Shown: positions 39,926-49,575, counted from the first letter of the stretch. The stretch: DNA of 64,000 nt from a virus (IMGVR_UViG_3300025162_000019:10826-74825); one strand, 5' to 3'. Translations and numbers: made by a program. The notes: generated from the sequence alone by a model not told the origin.

Positions 39926-41534
39926 ATGATGGAGTTAAAGTATTCAGTTACAAATATACCTTTTATTGAATTTGATGATGAAAATAAGTTGATCTTTTCA
40001 AGCTGTACAAAAAGCTATAAAGGTTATAGGTATCTTGTGTTTTCAGGCAAGACTACAACTACTGTAGAAGTAAGTGGTGGTAAAGGTGTAAAAGGTAAGA
40101 AAAGAGTTCGTGTTGATCAGGATACTAACTTCAATACAAATATGTTGCTAGAAAAAATCCCTACTGATTGTAAGGGTAACAGGCATCTATCTAAAATGAA
40201 TGTTGGTATTATAAGAACTATGATTGGAAAGTATCTTATTGAGGAAACATACTTCCCTGAGAAATGTATTCCTATGTTAGAAAAGGAACTAACACGATTT
40301 GATGTAAGTGAAACTGATTCATTGGAAGATGATCCATCTGGTTATGTAGAAGATGAAGATGATTTAGAAATGGAGGCTGTATAATGGGAATGTCAGTAGA
40401 TGGAATTTGTATAAAGTATAATAGTTATATCAGTTTACTACCTGAAGGTACTGATTTGGATATGATTAAATGGATTTTTAATTATTTTGGTACTTTTGAT
40501 GGTGATAACTATTATATTATTGATTGTGAATTTTGTGAAGATGAAAATCCATATCTTAACCTAACAAAAGTTCTTGATAGTTATTTTAAAGAAGAAACAG
40601 ATTATTTATGGGAATGTGACTGTAGTTATTTTAGTACATCTGATATATTAGCATATGAAGTATGTAAAGAACTTGGTATTGAAATGTTAGATGGTGATGG
40701 TGAAGAAGAATAATAAATTTTAACATTTTTTATAAATAAAACTAATCAGTTATAATAAAGGATATAAAACAATGGACGACAGTGACCCTAAAACTACAAT
40801 GAAATAATCCACAATCCATACTATTCTTTCTGTATGGGTTGCAGGGAGGATACTACTATGGATGAATTAAAAACTCTTATTAAAACATCATTGGAAAAGA
40901 TTGCAAAAGACAAACTTTGTATTGTCTTTGAAGGATCGGAAGTATGGAAAAGCTTACTTCCTAAACCAAATTCAATCAATATAGGTGATAAAGGATATAT
41001 TTATATAAATAATGAACGATTGTCTTTTCAATTAGTTCATATATTTAAAAATAGTTTATTGGTAAAAGAAAAGGAAACAATTTTATATTTAATAAAAATA
41101 ATTGTTGACAAATAAAAAAATTAGTGTTATAATAAATCAAAAAATGTGAGGTAAGGATTATGTCTGAAGCTATTTATTACTATGTTAGAGATGCATTTGA
41201 TGCACCCCGAATTACTGTATGTCTTGTAACTGATGACAATGGCAACATTGGCCGTGGAATGTCTATTTGTTCTTTGTCTGAACCTGTTGTAAAGGTAGAT
41301 GGTAGAAAAAGAGCTTACAAAAGAGCTGTAAAAGCAATGTATTCCGAGCTCAATCAGCTTCCTATTTATCGGGATGAAGTTTTAGAGATTTTTGAAAACT
41401 GTGGTATTGATCTTCAAACACTTCCTAGTGAAGATTGGAAGTCTGAGTATAACCCTGAGCTGACTGAGTATGAAGAATTCCTTTTAAGTAAACATAAGGA
41501 TAGAGTTAAAACCATTAAAATTGAAGTCAAGTAA
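39926..41534 (+). other. Four hypothetical ORFs (39926-40384, 40384-40713, ~40858-41115, 41160-41534)
   Basis: ORF track, SD sites, sigma70 promoters at 39881 and 41106. Confidence 0.55.
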
Positions 41535-41563
41535 AAGGTAATAAGGTAGTATTATGGCATCAC

Positions 41564-41730
41564 AGGAAAAGATTTTTCTTGAATGTTTAGAGTGTGGTTC
41601 TCAGTTCAAAGAAACATATGACAAGTTTGGGCTTCCTAAATGTCCTGTTTGTGATAGTTATGATGTAGAGGAAGTTGCTTTGATCAGACCACCTAAAATA
41701 GTAATAAAAGAAAGAAATAAAAAGAAATAA
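41564..41730 (+). CDS. Small Zn-ribbon protein (55 aa)
   Basis: CLECG..KCPVCDS. Confidence 0.55.
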
Positions 41731-41734
41731 ACAT

Positions 41735-41808
41735 CAGAGTGTGGTGTAAGGGTGGCATCTACGGCCTGGGCCCGTATGGAAACTGTTCAACGCAGTTCAC
41801 TCTGACCA
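41735..41808 (+). tRNA. trnP: tRNA-Pro(TGG)
   Basis: C1-G72, A73, loop CC-TGG-GC, CCA. Confidence 0.85.
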
Positions 41809-41815
41809 TACATAA

Positions 41816-41887
41816 GCCTTTTGTGCCGTAGCACAGATACCTTTCGTAAGGGCATCATGATTGGATAAACACCAATAAAAGGCTCCA
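41816..41887 (+). tRNA. trnT: Non-canonical tRNA-Thr(CGT)
   Basis: GCC acceptor, U73, CCA; tetraloop D-arm; 7-bp anticodon stem; loop TT-CGT-AA. Confidence 0.65.
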
Positions 41888-41895
41888 GAATATAC

Positions 41896-41967
41896 GCCGT
41901 TTGTGCCAGCGCACAGATTTCTCTTGTAAGGAAGTCCCGCAGAGGGCAGCACTCTGATACGGCTCCA
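41896..41967 (+). tRNA. trnT: Non-canonical tRNA-Thr(TGT)
   Basis: Same architecture; loop CT-TGT-AA, CCA. Confidence 0.7.
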
Positions 41968-42047
41968 TTATCTATTTTAGGTTGAATGTTTACATTATCT
42001 CGGCTTATTTATAAATAAATGTATAATAAAAATGGAGGAATACATTT

Positions 42048-42662
42048 ATGAAGCCGAACTGGTCTAAAGAAGGATTTGAAAAAATAAAAGAGGCCGCATT
42101 AAAAGGTAATGAAACAAGAGCAAGAAAATATAGAGAAGATTACTATTTAAATCCTAAAAGATGTTTAAATTGTAATGAAATAATACTATATGAAAAAAGA
42201 GATAATAAGTTTTGTAATCATACTTGTTTTGGTATATATAACAATAGTAGAAGAAATCTTGGAAGAAAAGAAAAACAAAAAGTATTTTGTTTAAACTGTA
42301 ATAAAGAAATTAATTCAAATTCTATTTATTGTAGTAATAAATGTCAAGGCAATCATAAATATTACAACTATATAAATAGATGGAAGAATAACTTAGAAAA
42401 TGGAATGTCAGGCCCTAATGGGATTTCAAGTCACATTAGAAAATATTTATTTGAAAAATATGATAATAAATGTTGTTTATGTGGATGGTCTAAAATAAAC
42501 GAAACATCCGGTAAAATACCATTACAAATAAATCATATAAATGGTATATATACTGATAATACAGAAGATAATATAGAGTTAATATGTCCAAACTGCCATT
42601 CTTTAACATCTAACTTTATGGCCTTAAATAAAGGTAATGGTAGAAAACATAGAAAATATTAA
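42048..42662 (+). CDS. HNH endonuclease with N-terminal Zn motifs
   Basis: CCLCG..LQINHING..N...N..LICPNCH. Confidence 0.85.
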   Translation: MKPNWSKEGFEKIKEAALKGNETRARKYREDYYLNPKRCLNCNEIILYEKRDNKFCNHTCFGIYNNSRRNLGRKEKQKVFCLNCNKEINSNSIYCSNKCQGNHKYYNYINRWKNNLENGMSGPNGISSHIRKYLFEKYDNKCCLCGWSKINETSGKIPLQINHINGIYTDNTEDNIELICPNCHSLTSNFMALNKGNGRKHRKY

Positions 42663-42666
42663 ATAT

Positions 42667-42742
42667 GGGTCTTTAGTTTAATTGGAAAAATAATCGCCTC
42701 CAAAGCGATATGATGAGGGTTCAAATCCTTCAAGGCCTGCCA
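42667..42742 (+). tRNA. trnW: tRNA-Trp(CCA)
   Basis: Loop CT-CCA-AA, CCA. Confidence 0.9.
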
Positions 42743-42749
42743 GAAATAA

Positions 42750-42823
42750 GCGGGTGTGGTTCAATGGTAGAATGTTAGGCTTCCACCCTGAAGATGAGGT
42801 TTCGATTACCTTCACCCGCTCCA
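42750..42823 (+). tRNA. trnG: tRNA-Gly(TCC)
   Basis: Loop CT-TCC-AC, CCA. Confidence 0.9.
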
Positions 42824-42830
42824 GAAATAT

Positions 42831-42904
42831 AACGATATGGGGAAATGGTATCCTATTTGGCTCTGACCCAAAAGTTGTAGGTTCAAATCCTGCTATCGTT
42901 GCCA
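42831..42904 (+). tRNA. trnQ: tRNA-Gln(CTG)
   Basis: Loop CT-CTG-AC, CCA. Confidence 0.9.
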
Positions 42905-42912
42905 AAGAATAT

Positions 42913-42990
42913 TACGGTGTTGGGGAATTGGCAGACCCGCTGGCCTTTGAAGCCGGATTTTTGCTGGATCGTAACCAGCCACCGTAGCCA
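42913..42990 (+). tRNA. trnQ: tRNA-Gln(TTG)
   Basis: Loop CT-TTG-AA, CCA. Confidence 0.9.
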
Positions 42991-42998
42991 AAATAAAA

Positions 42999-43382
42999 AT
43001 GAAAGGATTTGTTATGTATAGTGATTGTGTTGAGTTCTCTGTTTTAAAGGGTAAAACAATAATAGGTATAAAGAAAATAGACCAAGAAGAACTACAGTTT
43101 ACTTGTGATGATGGTTCTAAATATAGTATGTATCATGATCAGGATTGTTGTGAACAAGTTTATATTGAAGATATTTGTGGTGATATGAATGACCTATTAA
43201 ATAGTCCTATACTTGTTGCTGAAGAAGTATCAAATAGGGATGATAAACCAAAATATGAATATGATGACAGCTATACATGGACATTTTATAAGTTAGAAAC
43301 AGCATATGGATTTGTTACAATCAGATGGTATGGTTCATCTAATGGTTATTACTCTGAATCTGTATCATTTGAAAAATATTAA
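42999..43382 (+). CDS. Conserved phage hypothetical protein
   Basis: [22 protein letters not shown]...[13 protein letters not shown]. Confidence 0.65.
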   Translation: MKGFVMYSDCVEFSVLKGKTIIGIKKIDQEELQFTCDDGSKYSMYHDQDCCEQVYIEDICGDMNDLLNSPILVAEEVSNRDDKPKYEYDDSYTWTFYKLETAYGFVTIRWYGSSNGYYSESVSFEKY

Positions 43383-43390
43383 AACATAAT

Positions 43391-43464
43391 GGCGATTTAG
43401 TTTAACGGTAAAACATCTGCCTCATATGCGGAAGTCATTGGTTCAACTCCAATACTCGCTACCA
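43391..43464 (+). tRNA. trnM: tRNA-Met/Ile2(CAT)
   Basis: Loop CT-CAT-AT, CCA. Confidence 0.85.
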
Positions 43465-43530
43465 TAAAATAAAAGATTTACATTTTGTTCAACTCTATAT
43501 AAATATATATAAAGATATGGAGTTGAACAA

Positions 43531-44220
43531 ATGACTAAAATAGAATGGATGTATGTTGATTTTTGGTCTAAAAAGATTAAAGCAATAAATCTTTTAGGCG
43601 GTAAATGTTCTAAATGTGGTAATGATAATATATTTGTTTTATCATTTCATCACTTCGATAGTAAAACTTTTGCAGTTAGTCAAAATTTAAATGGTAGATG
43701 GTCAAGTATAGAAAAAGAAATAAAAAAATGTATTTTGTTATGTGAAAACTGTCATAAAGAAGAACATTTTTTTATTGGTACTGATGGTAAATCGCAAGGA
43801 AATAAAAAGGTTCTTTTAGATTATAAAAATATATACGAATGTTCTAAATGTAGTTATGATAAATACACAAATGCTTTAGAGTTTCATCATATAAAACCAG
43901 ATGATAAAATATTTGGTTTGGCTACTATTAGTACAAGATTAAAAAATGTATATGAACTTGAAGAATATATAAAAGAAGAACTTGATAAATGTGAAGTATT
44001 ATGTTCTAATTGCCACAGAGAAGAAAGTATTGATAAAATAAAGTTTGACAAATATAAAGATTTGATATATAATAATCAAGTAAATGAGCAACTACCTTCT
44101 ATTAAACCAGAAATAATAAAAGAAATGTTAGATTCTGGTATGAATGGAAATCAGATTGCAAAAGAACTAGGTAGAAATAAATCTACCATATATACAATCA
44201 TTAAAAAGCATAACTTATAA
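43531..44220 (+). CDS. Tandem-HNH endonuclease, close paralog of 37137..37826
   Basis: Same length (229 aa) and near-identical C-terminus. Confidence 0.8.
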   Translation: MTKIEWMYVDFWSKKIKAINLLGGKCSKCGNDNIFVLSFHHFDSKTFAVSQNLNGRWSSIEKEIKKCILLCENCHKEEHFFIGTDGKSQGNKKVLLDYKNIYECSKCSYDKYTNALEFHHIKPDDKIFGLATISTRLKNVYELEEYIKEELDKCEVLCSNCHREESIDKIKFDKYKDLIYNNQVNEQLPSIKPEIIKEMLDSGMNGNQIAKELGRNKSTIYTIIKKHNL

Positions 44221-44227
44221 AATACAT

Positions 44228-44312
44228 GGAAGTGTGGGTAGAATAGGTGCTAACCTGCCTTGAAAGCAGCCACCCGAAAGGGCTGTCGGTGCAAGTCCGG
44301 CCACTTCCGCCA
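44228..44312 (+). tRNA. trnS: tRNA-Ser(TGA)
   Basis: Loop CT-TGA-AA, long variable arm, CCA. Confidence 0.9.
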
Positions 44313-44386
44313 TAAAATAAAATTAAAAATGTACTTGACAAATAGAGTATAAGTTGTTATAATACAGGAGTTGATGAAGAAGTTTA

Positions 44387-45028
44387 ATGATTATTTATAA
44401 AGCGACTAATCTAATAAATAAAAAATGTTATATTGGTAAATCAGAATATAGTATAGAAAAACGAATTAACGAGCACTATAATAGAAAAAGTAATAGTTAT
44501 TTTCATCATTCATTAAAGAAATATGGTAAAGATAACTTTGAATGGTCTATTATTAAAGAATGTGATAATGTACCGTTGTTAAATATATTAGAAACATTTA
44601 TGATTATGGTTCATCATACCTTTGTTGATGAAGGTGGATATAATCTTACTTGGGGTGGTGAAGGATGTAGTGGTCTTATACATACAGAAGAAACAAAAAA
44701 GAAAATAAGTGAAACTCATAAAGCCAATACATATTGGCTTGGTAAGCATCATACAGAAGAATCAAAGAAAAAAATAAGTAATAATAAAATTGGTACTGTT
44801 ATTACAGAAGAAGCAAGGCAAAAAATAAGTAAGGCTAATACAGGTAAAAAAAGAACCGAAGAATCAAAGAAAAAAATGAGTGAAAGTATGAAAGGTAATC
44901 AAAATTCATCAGGTTATATACAAACTGAAGAGCATAAAAGAAAAATAAGTAACTCATTAAGAGGCAAAACACACACAGAAGAACATAAAAGAAAAATAAG
45001 CGAATCGTTAAAAAGAAAAAGAGGATAA
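44387..45028 (+). CDS. GIY-YIG homing endonuclease with NUMOD3 repeats
   Basis: IIYKATN..CYIGK; HTEE repeats; paralog of 33295. Confidence 0.85.
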   Translation: MIIYKATNLINKKCYIGKSEYSIEKRINEHYNRKSNSYFHHSLKKYGKDNFEWSIIKECDNVPLLNILETFMIMVHHTFVDEGGYNLTWGGEGCSGLIHTEETKKKISETHKANTYWLGKHHTEESKKKISNNKIGTVITEEARQKISKANTGKKRTEESKKKMSESMKGNQNSSGYIQTEEHKRKISNSLRGKTHTEEHKRKISESLKRKRG

Positions 45029-45198
45029 TGAAAAAGTTTTTATTATATCTTTTTCGTTGGCAGATGTCTACACCTATCCTTTATTTTGTTATCTTTTTAT
45101 TAGGTGCTGGAATGAAAGAAACAATGATTGCAAATCTTGTTGGTGGTTGTTTATTCTTCTATGTTGATAAAACTATATTTAACAAATGACGGAGGGCA

Positions 45199-45549
45199 AT
45201 GTGTATGTTTGATTTAAAAACTTATAATGATGCATGGAAAATGGAAAATTGGTTTGATACTTGGGATAGGAATATTATAAAGTATAAACTAATGAAGGCA
45301 GATGATGGTAAGTATTTTTATAGACTTATTGTTCCGGGCTATGGTAAGGATGATTTAACCATTGAGCAGGAAGGTAGCGTTGTTACTATTACAGGGGCAA
45401 CTAAAGACCCTTATTTAACTGGTGATGTAAATAAGTTTAGTTACAAGATTTCTACTGATTATGAAGTAGAAGAAGCAGAAGTAAAAAACGGGGTGTTGTA
45501 TATCTTTTTGAAAAAGAATAGTGTATCGGGGAAGATACCTATCAAATAA
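45199..45549 (+). CDS. Small heat-shock protein (Hsp20)
   Basis: VPGY.K.D..I..V.NGVLYI.L. Confidence 0.75.
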   Translation: MCMFDLKTYNDAWKMENWFDTWDRNIIKYKLMKADDGKYFYRLIVPGYGKDDLTIEQEGSVVTITGATKDPYLTGDVNKFSYKISTDYEVEEAEVKNGVLYIFLKKNSVSGKIPIK

Positions 45550-45563
45550 TATGTGAAATACAC

Positions 45564-45654
45564 GGGCGGTTAGTTTAATGGTAAAACAGTAGGTTTATAA
45601 CCTATAGCACCAGATTAGTGTCTGTTGGGGGTTCAACTCCCTCACCGCCTACCA
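45564..45654 (+). tRNA. trnI: tRNA-Ile(TAT) with long variable arm
   Basis: GTAGG-TT-TAT-AA-CCTAT; ~21-nt variable region; CCA. Confidence 0.75.
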
Positions 45655-45663
45655 TAAAATAAT

Positions 45664-45737
45664 GAGGTCGTAATTCAATAGTAGAATATCGGTCTTTTAA
45701 ACCGACCACAAGGGAGCGTTACCCTTCGGCCTCACCA
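45664..45737 (+). tRNA. trnK: tRNA-Lys(TTT), atypical T-loop AGCGTTA
   Basis: Loop CT-TTT-AA, CCA. Confidence 0.85.
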
Positions 45738-45914
45738 TTCAAAAGGAGCATCTATGAAATCGTTCCATACGCAATATGTAGAATGTAGAAACAATGGTAA
45801 CTGCTATCTTATAAATGAATTAGATGAATTTTTTAAAACAAAAATTGTGTGGTGCAAAAGATACAATAAACGATGCAGTTCAAAAGTTTGTTTACCAGAA
45901 AGGATTAATATAAA

Positions 45915-46589
45915 ATGAGTAAAGTATTAATAATCGGCGATACACATGGCCAATTTGGCCGTCTAAATAAGTTATTGAACAAATATAAGCCAGATATAGC
46001 TATTATAACTGGTGATTTTGGTTTCTGGCCTAAGTTTTTCAATAAAGAATATATTGATTCTAATCGTCGTATTAGAATGTGGGATGCTGAAATTAAAAAT
46101 GGCTCATGTAAAGTTTATTTTTGTGATGGCAACCATGAAGATCATGATGCTTTAGATGAATTAACCAACCATGAAATCATGCCTAATGTTTTCTATATGA
46201 AGCGCGGTTCAATCCTTAATATACATGGTCAAAATATATTATTTGTTGGTGGTGCGTTATCCATTGACAAAAATTATCGTACACCTAAATATGATTGGTT
46301 TGAACAGGAAATCTTAAAAGAAGAAGATTTACTTTCTATTCCAAATGATGTACAAATAGATATGGTTATTTCTCATACCGCACCAAGTGAGTTTAAGTTT
46401 GATACTGATAAGTTTTTACCAGACCCTTCAAGAGATGTACTATCAAAGGTATTAGATAAGTATAAGCCAAGAGAATGGTATTTTGGGCATTTCCATAAGT
46501 ACCGTGAAGGAAAGTATAAAGATTGTAAGTGGACAATGTTAGCAGATATAGAAAGTTACCTACAATCATCTATAATTAAAAATATGTAA
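45915..46589 (+). CDS. Calcineurin-like metallophosphoesterase (uninterrupted)
   Basis: GDTHG, GDFG, GNHE, SHT, GHFH. Confidence 0.9.
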   Translation: MSKVLIIGDTHGQFGRLNKLLNKYKPDIAIITGDFGFWPKFFNKEYIDSNRRIRMWDAEIKNGSCKVYFCDGNHEDHDALDELTNHEIMPNVFYMKRGSILNIHGQNILFVGGALSIDKNYRTPKYDWFEQEILKEEDLLSIPNDVQIDMVISHTAPSEFKFDTDKFLPDPSRDVLSKVLDKYKPREWYFGHFHKYREGKYKDCKWTMLADIESYLQSSIIKNM

Positions 46590-46601
46590 CTGTGGAGGTC
46601 T

Positions 46602-47588
46602 ATGGATAAAATTTTAATAACTGGTGGCTGCGGTTTTATTGGCCATCATTTTGTAGAACATTTATTGAAAAATACAACGCAAGAGATTGTTATCTTTGAT
46701 AAACTAACATATGCATCAGAAGGTTTTACAAGACTTAGAGATATAGATGCTTATGACGATAAAAGAGTTATGATTGTCGCATTAGATTTTACAAAAGAAA
46801 TCCCTGTAGGCGTAACAAAAGAAATAGGTACTGTTGATTATATAATGCATATGGGTGCGGAAACTCATGTTGATAACTCAATAACTGACCCAGCACCCTT
46901 TGTATTTTCTAATGTTATCGGTACTATGAGAATGTTAGACTATGCAAGAACACTACCTGATCTTAAAAAATTTGTATATTTTTCTACTGATGAAGTATTT
47001 GGCCCAGCCCCTGAAGGTGTCGCATATAAAGAATGGGACAGGTACAATTCTACAAATCCTTATGCTGCAAGTAAAGCCTGCGGTGAAGAATTAGTTTTAG
47101 CTTACGCAAATACATATGGTATCCCTTCTATTATAAGTCATACAATGAATGTGTTTGGCGAGCGTCAGCATCCAGAAAAGTTCATTCCTAAAGTTATCAG
47201 AAAGATTATGAATGATGAAGTTATAACTATACATTCTAATAAAACTAAAACTGTATCAGGTTCAAGAATGTGGATACACGCACGAAATGTATCATCTGCT
47301 ATTCATTTTCTTCTTAAAAATTCAACTAATAGAGATAAGTATAACATTGTTGGTGAAAAAGAAGTTAGTAATTTGGATATGGCTTTATATATTGCAAAGA
47401 TTTTAGGTAAAGAACTCAAGTATGAAATGGTGGACTTTCATTCATCAAGGCCCGGACATGATTTAAGATATGCTCTGGACGGTTCAAAACTTACTGAAAT
47501 GGGCTGGACAGTACCCTTGACCTTTGAAAAATCTCTAAAGAATACAATAGAATGGACTATAGAAAATCCAAGGTGGTTAGAATACTGA
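46602..47588 (+). CDS. rfbB: dTDP-glucose 4,6-dehydratase-like protein
   Basis: TGGCGFIG, DKLTYA, AETHVD, STDEVFG, PYAASKA, RPGHDLRY. Confidence 0.9.
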   Translation: MDKILITGGCGFIGHHFVEHLLKNTTQEIVIFDKLTYASEGFTRLRDIDAYDDKRVMIVALDFTKEIPVGVTKEIGTVDYIMHMGAETHVDNSITDPAPFVFSNVIGTMRMLDYARTLPDLKKFVYFSTDEVFGPAPEGVAYKEWDRYNSTNPYAASKACGEELVLAYANTYGIPSIISHTMNVFGERQHPEKFIPKVIRKIMNDEVITIHSNKTKTVSGSRMWIHARNVSSAIHFLLKNSTNRDKYNIVGEKEVSNLDMALYIAKILGKELKYEMVDFHSSRPGHDLRYALDGSKLTEMGWTVPLTFEKSLKNTIEWTIENPRWLEY

Positions 47589-47643
47589 TACTTGACAAAC
47601 TTTCCCTTTTATGGTATAGTAAATAAAAAATGAGGAAAAGGTA

Positions 47644-48135
47644 ATGGGAAAGTATATATTTCTTGACATAGATGGTGTATTAAACTCAATGGATTTTTTA
47701 CACCTTAATGTATTGAATGCACGAGTGAATAAGACAGACTTTAAGGGAAAAGACATTCACGGTCATTTATTTGATCCTAGATGTGTTCTGGCATTGGATT
47801 GCCTGATTAAAGCTACAGATGCTGATATAGTGATAACATCTGATTGGAGATTTGCAGGCCTTGATGCAATGAAGCAGTTATGGTCTGATAGAGGATTGCC
47901 GGGAAACATTGTAGGTATAACATCTTTCTCTGGTGGTATTCGTGGTCAAGATATTTATGATTATATGAGAATAAATGATATATATCCTGTCATAGATAAA
48001 TACCTTATTATTGATGATGATTCTGATTTCCTTGATAGTCAGTTGCCACACTTTATTCAAACAGGCTTTAAATTTGGTTTATCTTTTGATGATGTATTAA
48101 AGGGTATTGATATTCTTAATAAAAATAATACTTGA
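47644..48135 (+). CDS. HAD-superfamily (RNA-repair-like) phosphatase
   Basis: FLDIDGVLN, ITSDWR, IIDDD. Confidence 0.8.
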   Translation: MGKYIFLDIDGVLNSMDFLHLNVLNARVNKTDFKGKDIHGHLFDPRCVLALDCLIKATDADIVITSDWRFAGLDAMKQLWSDRGLPGNIVGITSFSGGIRGQDIYDYMRINDIYPVIDKYLIIDDDSDFLDSQLPHFIQTGFKFGLSFDDVLKGIDILNKNNT

Positions 48136-48356
48136 CAAATAAATCCTTTTGTGGTATAATGAAAACAAAAAAGGGTGAGAAGAATGAAGATTTTAATTTG
48201 TTCATTTATTATGTTTCTGGTGTTGTGTATTCCGGTGAGTGCGGGTGTTAGGTTAGCAAGTACGACATCGGTTCCTGACGGTACTATTTATTGTTTTGAG
48301 AGTAGCTATAGTTCTGTTAGTTGTGTATTTGTACCCACAAAGAAATAGGTGATGTG

Positions 48357-48623
48357 ATGAATCATTTAGCAAACATTATACTCAGTACCAATGGCAAACC
48401 TTTTACCTGTAAGTTTCTTAAAAGAACTACTGGTCAAGAACGAGTACTAATGGGAAAGCTTGGTGTTACTGAGTTTCTAAAAGGTGGCGAATTGCCTTAC
48501 GATAAGAAGGAAAAGAATTTAATTTCTGTTTATGATATAGAGAATAATGGCTACAGAATGATACCGATTGATGGCCTCATTTCTGTAACAGTAGGAGATA
48601 AGGTATACAATGATGAGAACTGA
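48357..48623 (+). CDS. Small SH3/Sm-like phage protein (WYL_2-like)
   Basis: F.KR..G.ER....VYD.....YR.IP. Confidence 0.45.
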   Translation: MNHLANIILSTNGKPFTCKFLKRTTGQERVLMGKLGVTEFLKGGELPYDKKEKNLISVYDIENNGYRMIPIDGLISVTVGDKVYNDEN

Positions 48624-48791
48624 AAGAGAAGTTAAAGCAAAGTTGCTAGAGATTATTGAGAAACTAAATGAAATGGAAGATGTTGGTCAGACTACTTATT
48701 GGCTTGGTGTCTGGAAAGGACTTTCGTTTGTATTGGGACTCGATATAGATGATCAAGCACCCGACACAAGGGAAGTTGATCACGATGTTAT

Positions 48792-48985
48792 GTAGGTAGA
48801 ACATAATCTGTTCAAATGGTTTATAGGCGAAAGACTTCTGGTGAATGTTTAGTACCTTATAAAACATGGTGATGAACCTTGGTAGAGAAGCACCAACTCT
48901 AAATAACTGAGGGGAGCCGTTCTGTTGTTGAGATACACAGATACCTACTGAGTGGGTAGCCATCGTATATGGCTACTCTTCTCTT
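48792..48985 (+). ncRNA. Candidate multi-stem structured RNA
   Basis: GTAGGTA/TACCTAC closing helix, several hairpins, terminator-like 3' hairpin, no credible ORF. Confidence 0.4.
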
Positions 48986-49323
48986 TGTGAATTCGATAAC
49001 CGACACTAAGTACCTGATATTATTAATGAAAATAGTACTTGACTTTTTTATTTTGTTAGTATATAATAAATTAAAAACAACGAAGAAAGGAACACAAAAA
49101 TGACTCAATATGTCTATGTTAAAGACACTAAGAATTTTCATGTATACACCATCGTTTCTACTGAAGGTATTACTGGTTCCATTTATTTCAAGAAAGATCA
49201 GGAAATCCCTAAGTACCTTGACCTAGTGATGTTCGGGGAAACAAGAGAAGTTACTGTAAATGAGTAAAAAGTATTAAACTCCTATAAATATAGTTATATG
49301 ATTCTGTTTATAGGAGTAATACA

Positions 49324-49575
49324 ATGGAACTGGATAAAACAATAGATAAGTATATTTTGAATGAATTTTCAATACCGATCTTTCACAAAGCTAAGGAATG
49401 GTACACTCATAAAGTAGGTGACTTCATTACATGGATTGCCGCAAATAACAAGATGATGATCATTATCTATAAAGGGTATATAGAAAGTATAGACAAAGAA
49501 GAAGAAGTATTTTTTGTTAAAGGTATGGATAAAAAACAGTACAAGGTATCGCCAGCAACCATCATAAAAATATAA
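49324..49575 (+). CDS. Late-expressed putative virion protein
   Basis: IDKYILNE N-terminus; late promoter inside an RBS-sequestering hairpin. Confidence 0.55.
   Translation: MELDKTIDKYILNEFSIPIFHKAKEWYTHKVGDFITWIAANNKMMIIIYKGYIESIDKEEEVFFVKGMDKKQYKVSPATIIKI

Noticed and set aside
36300-45740. CRISPR-like periodicity
   Set aside because: The regular spacing comes from tRNA genes with short AT-rich spacers; no identical repeat-spacer array was found here or elsewhere.
48820-48880. Hammerhead ribozyme (CGAAA and GTGATGA)
   Set aside because: The core is GTGATGA rather than CTGATGA, and the stems could not be arranged into a valid topology.
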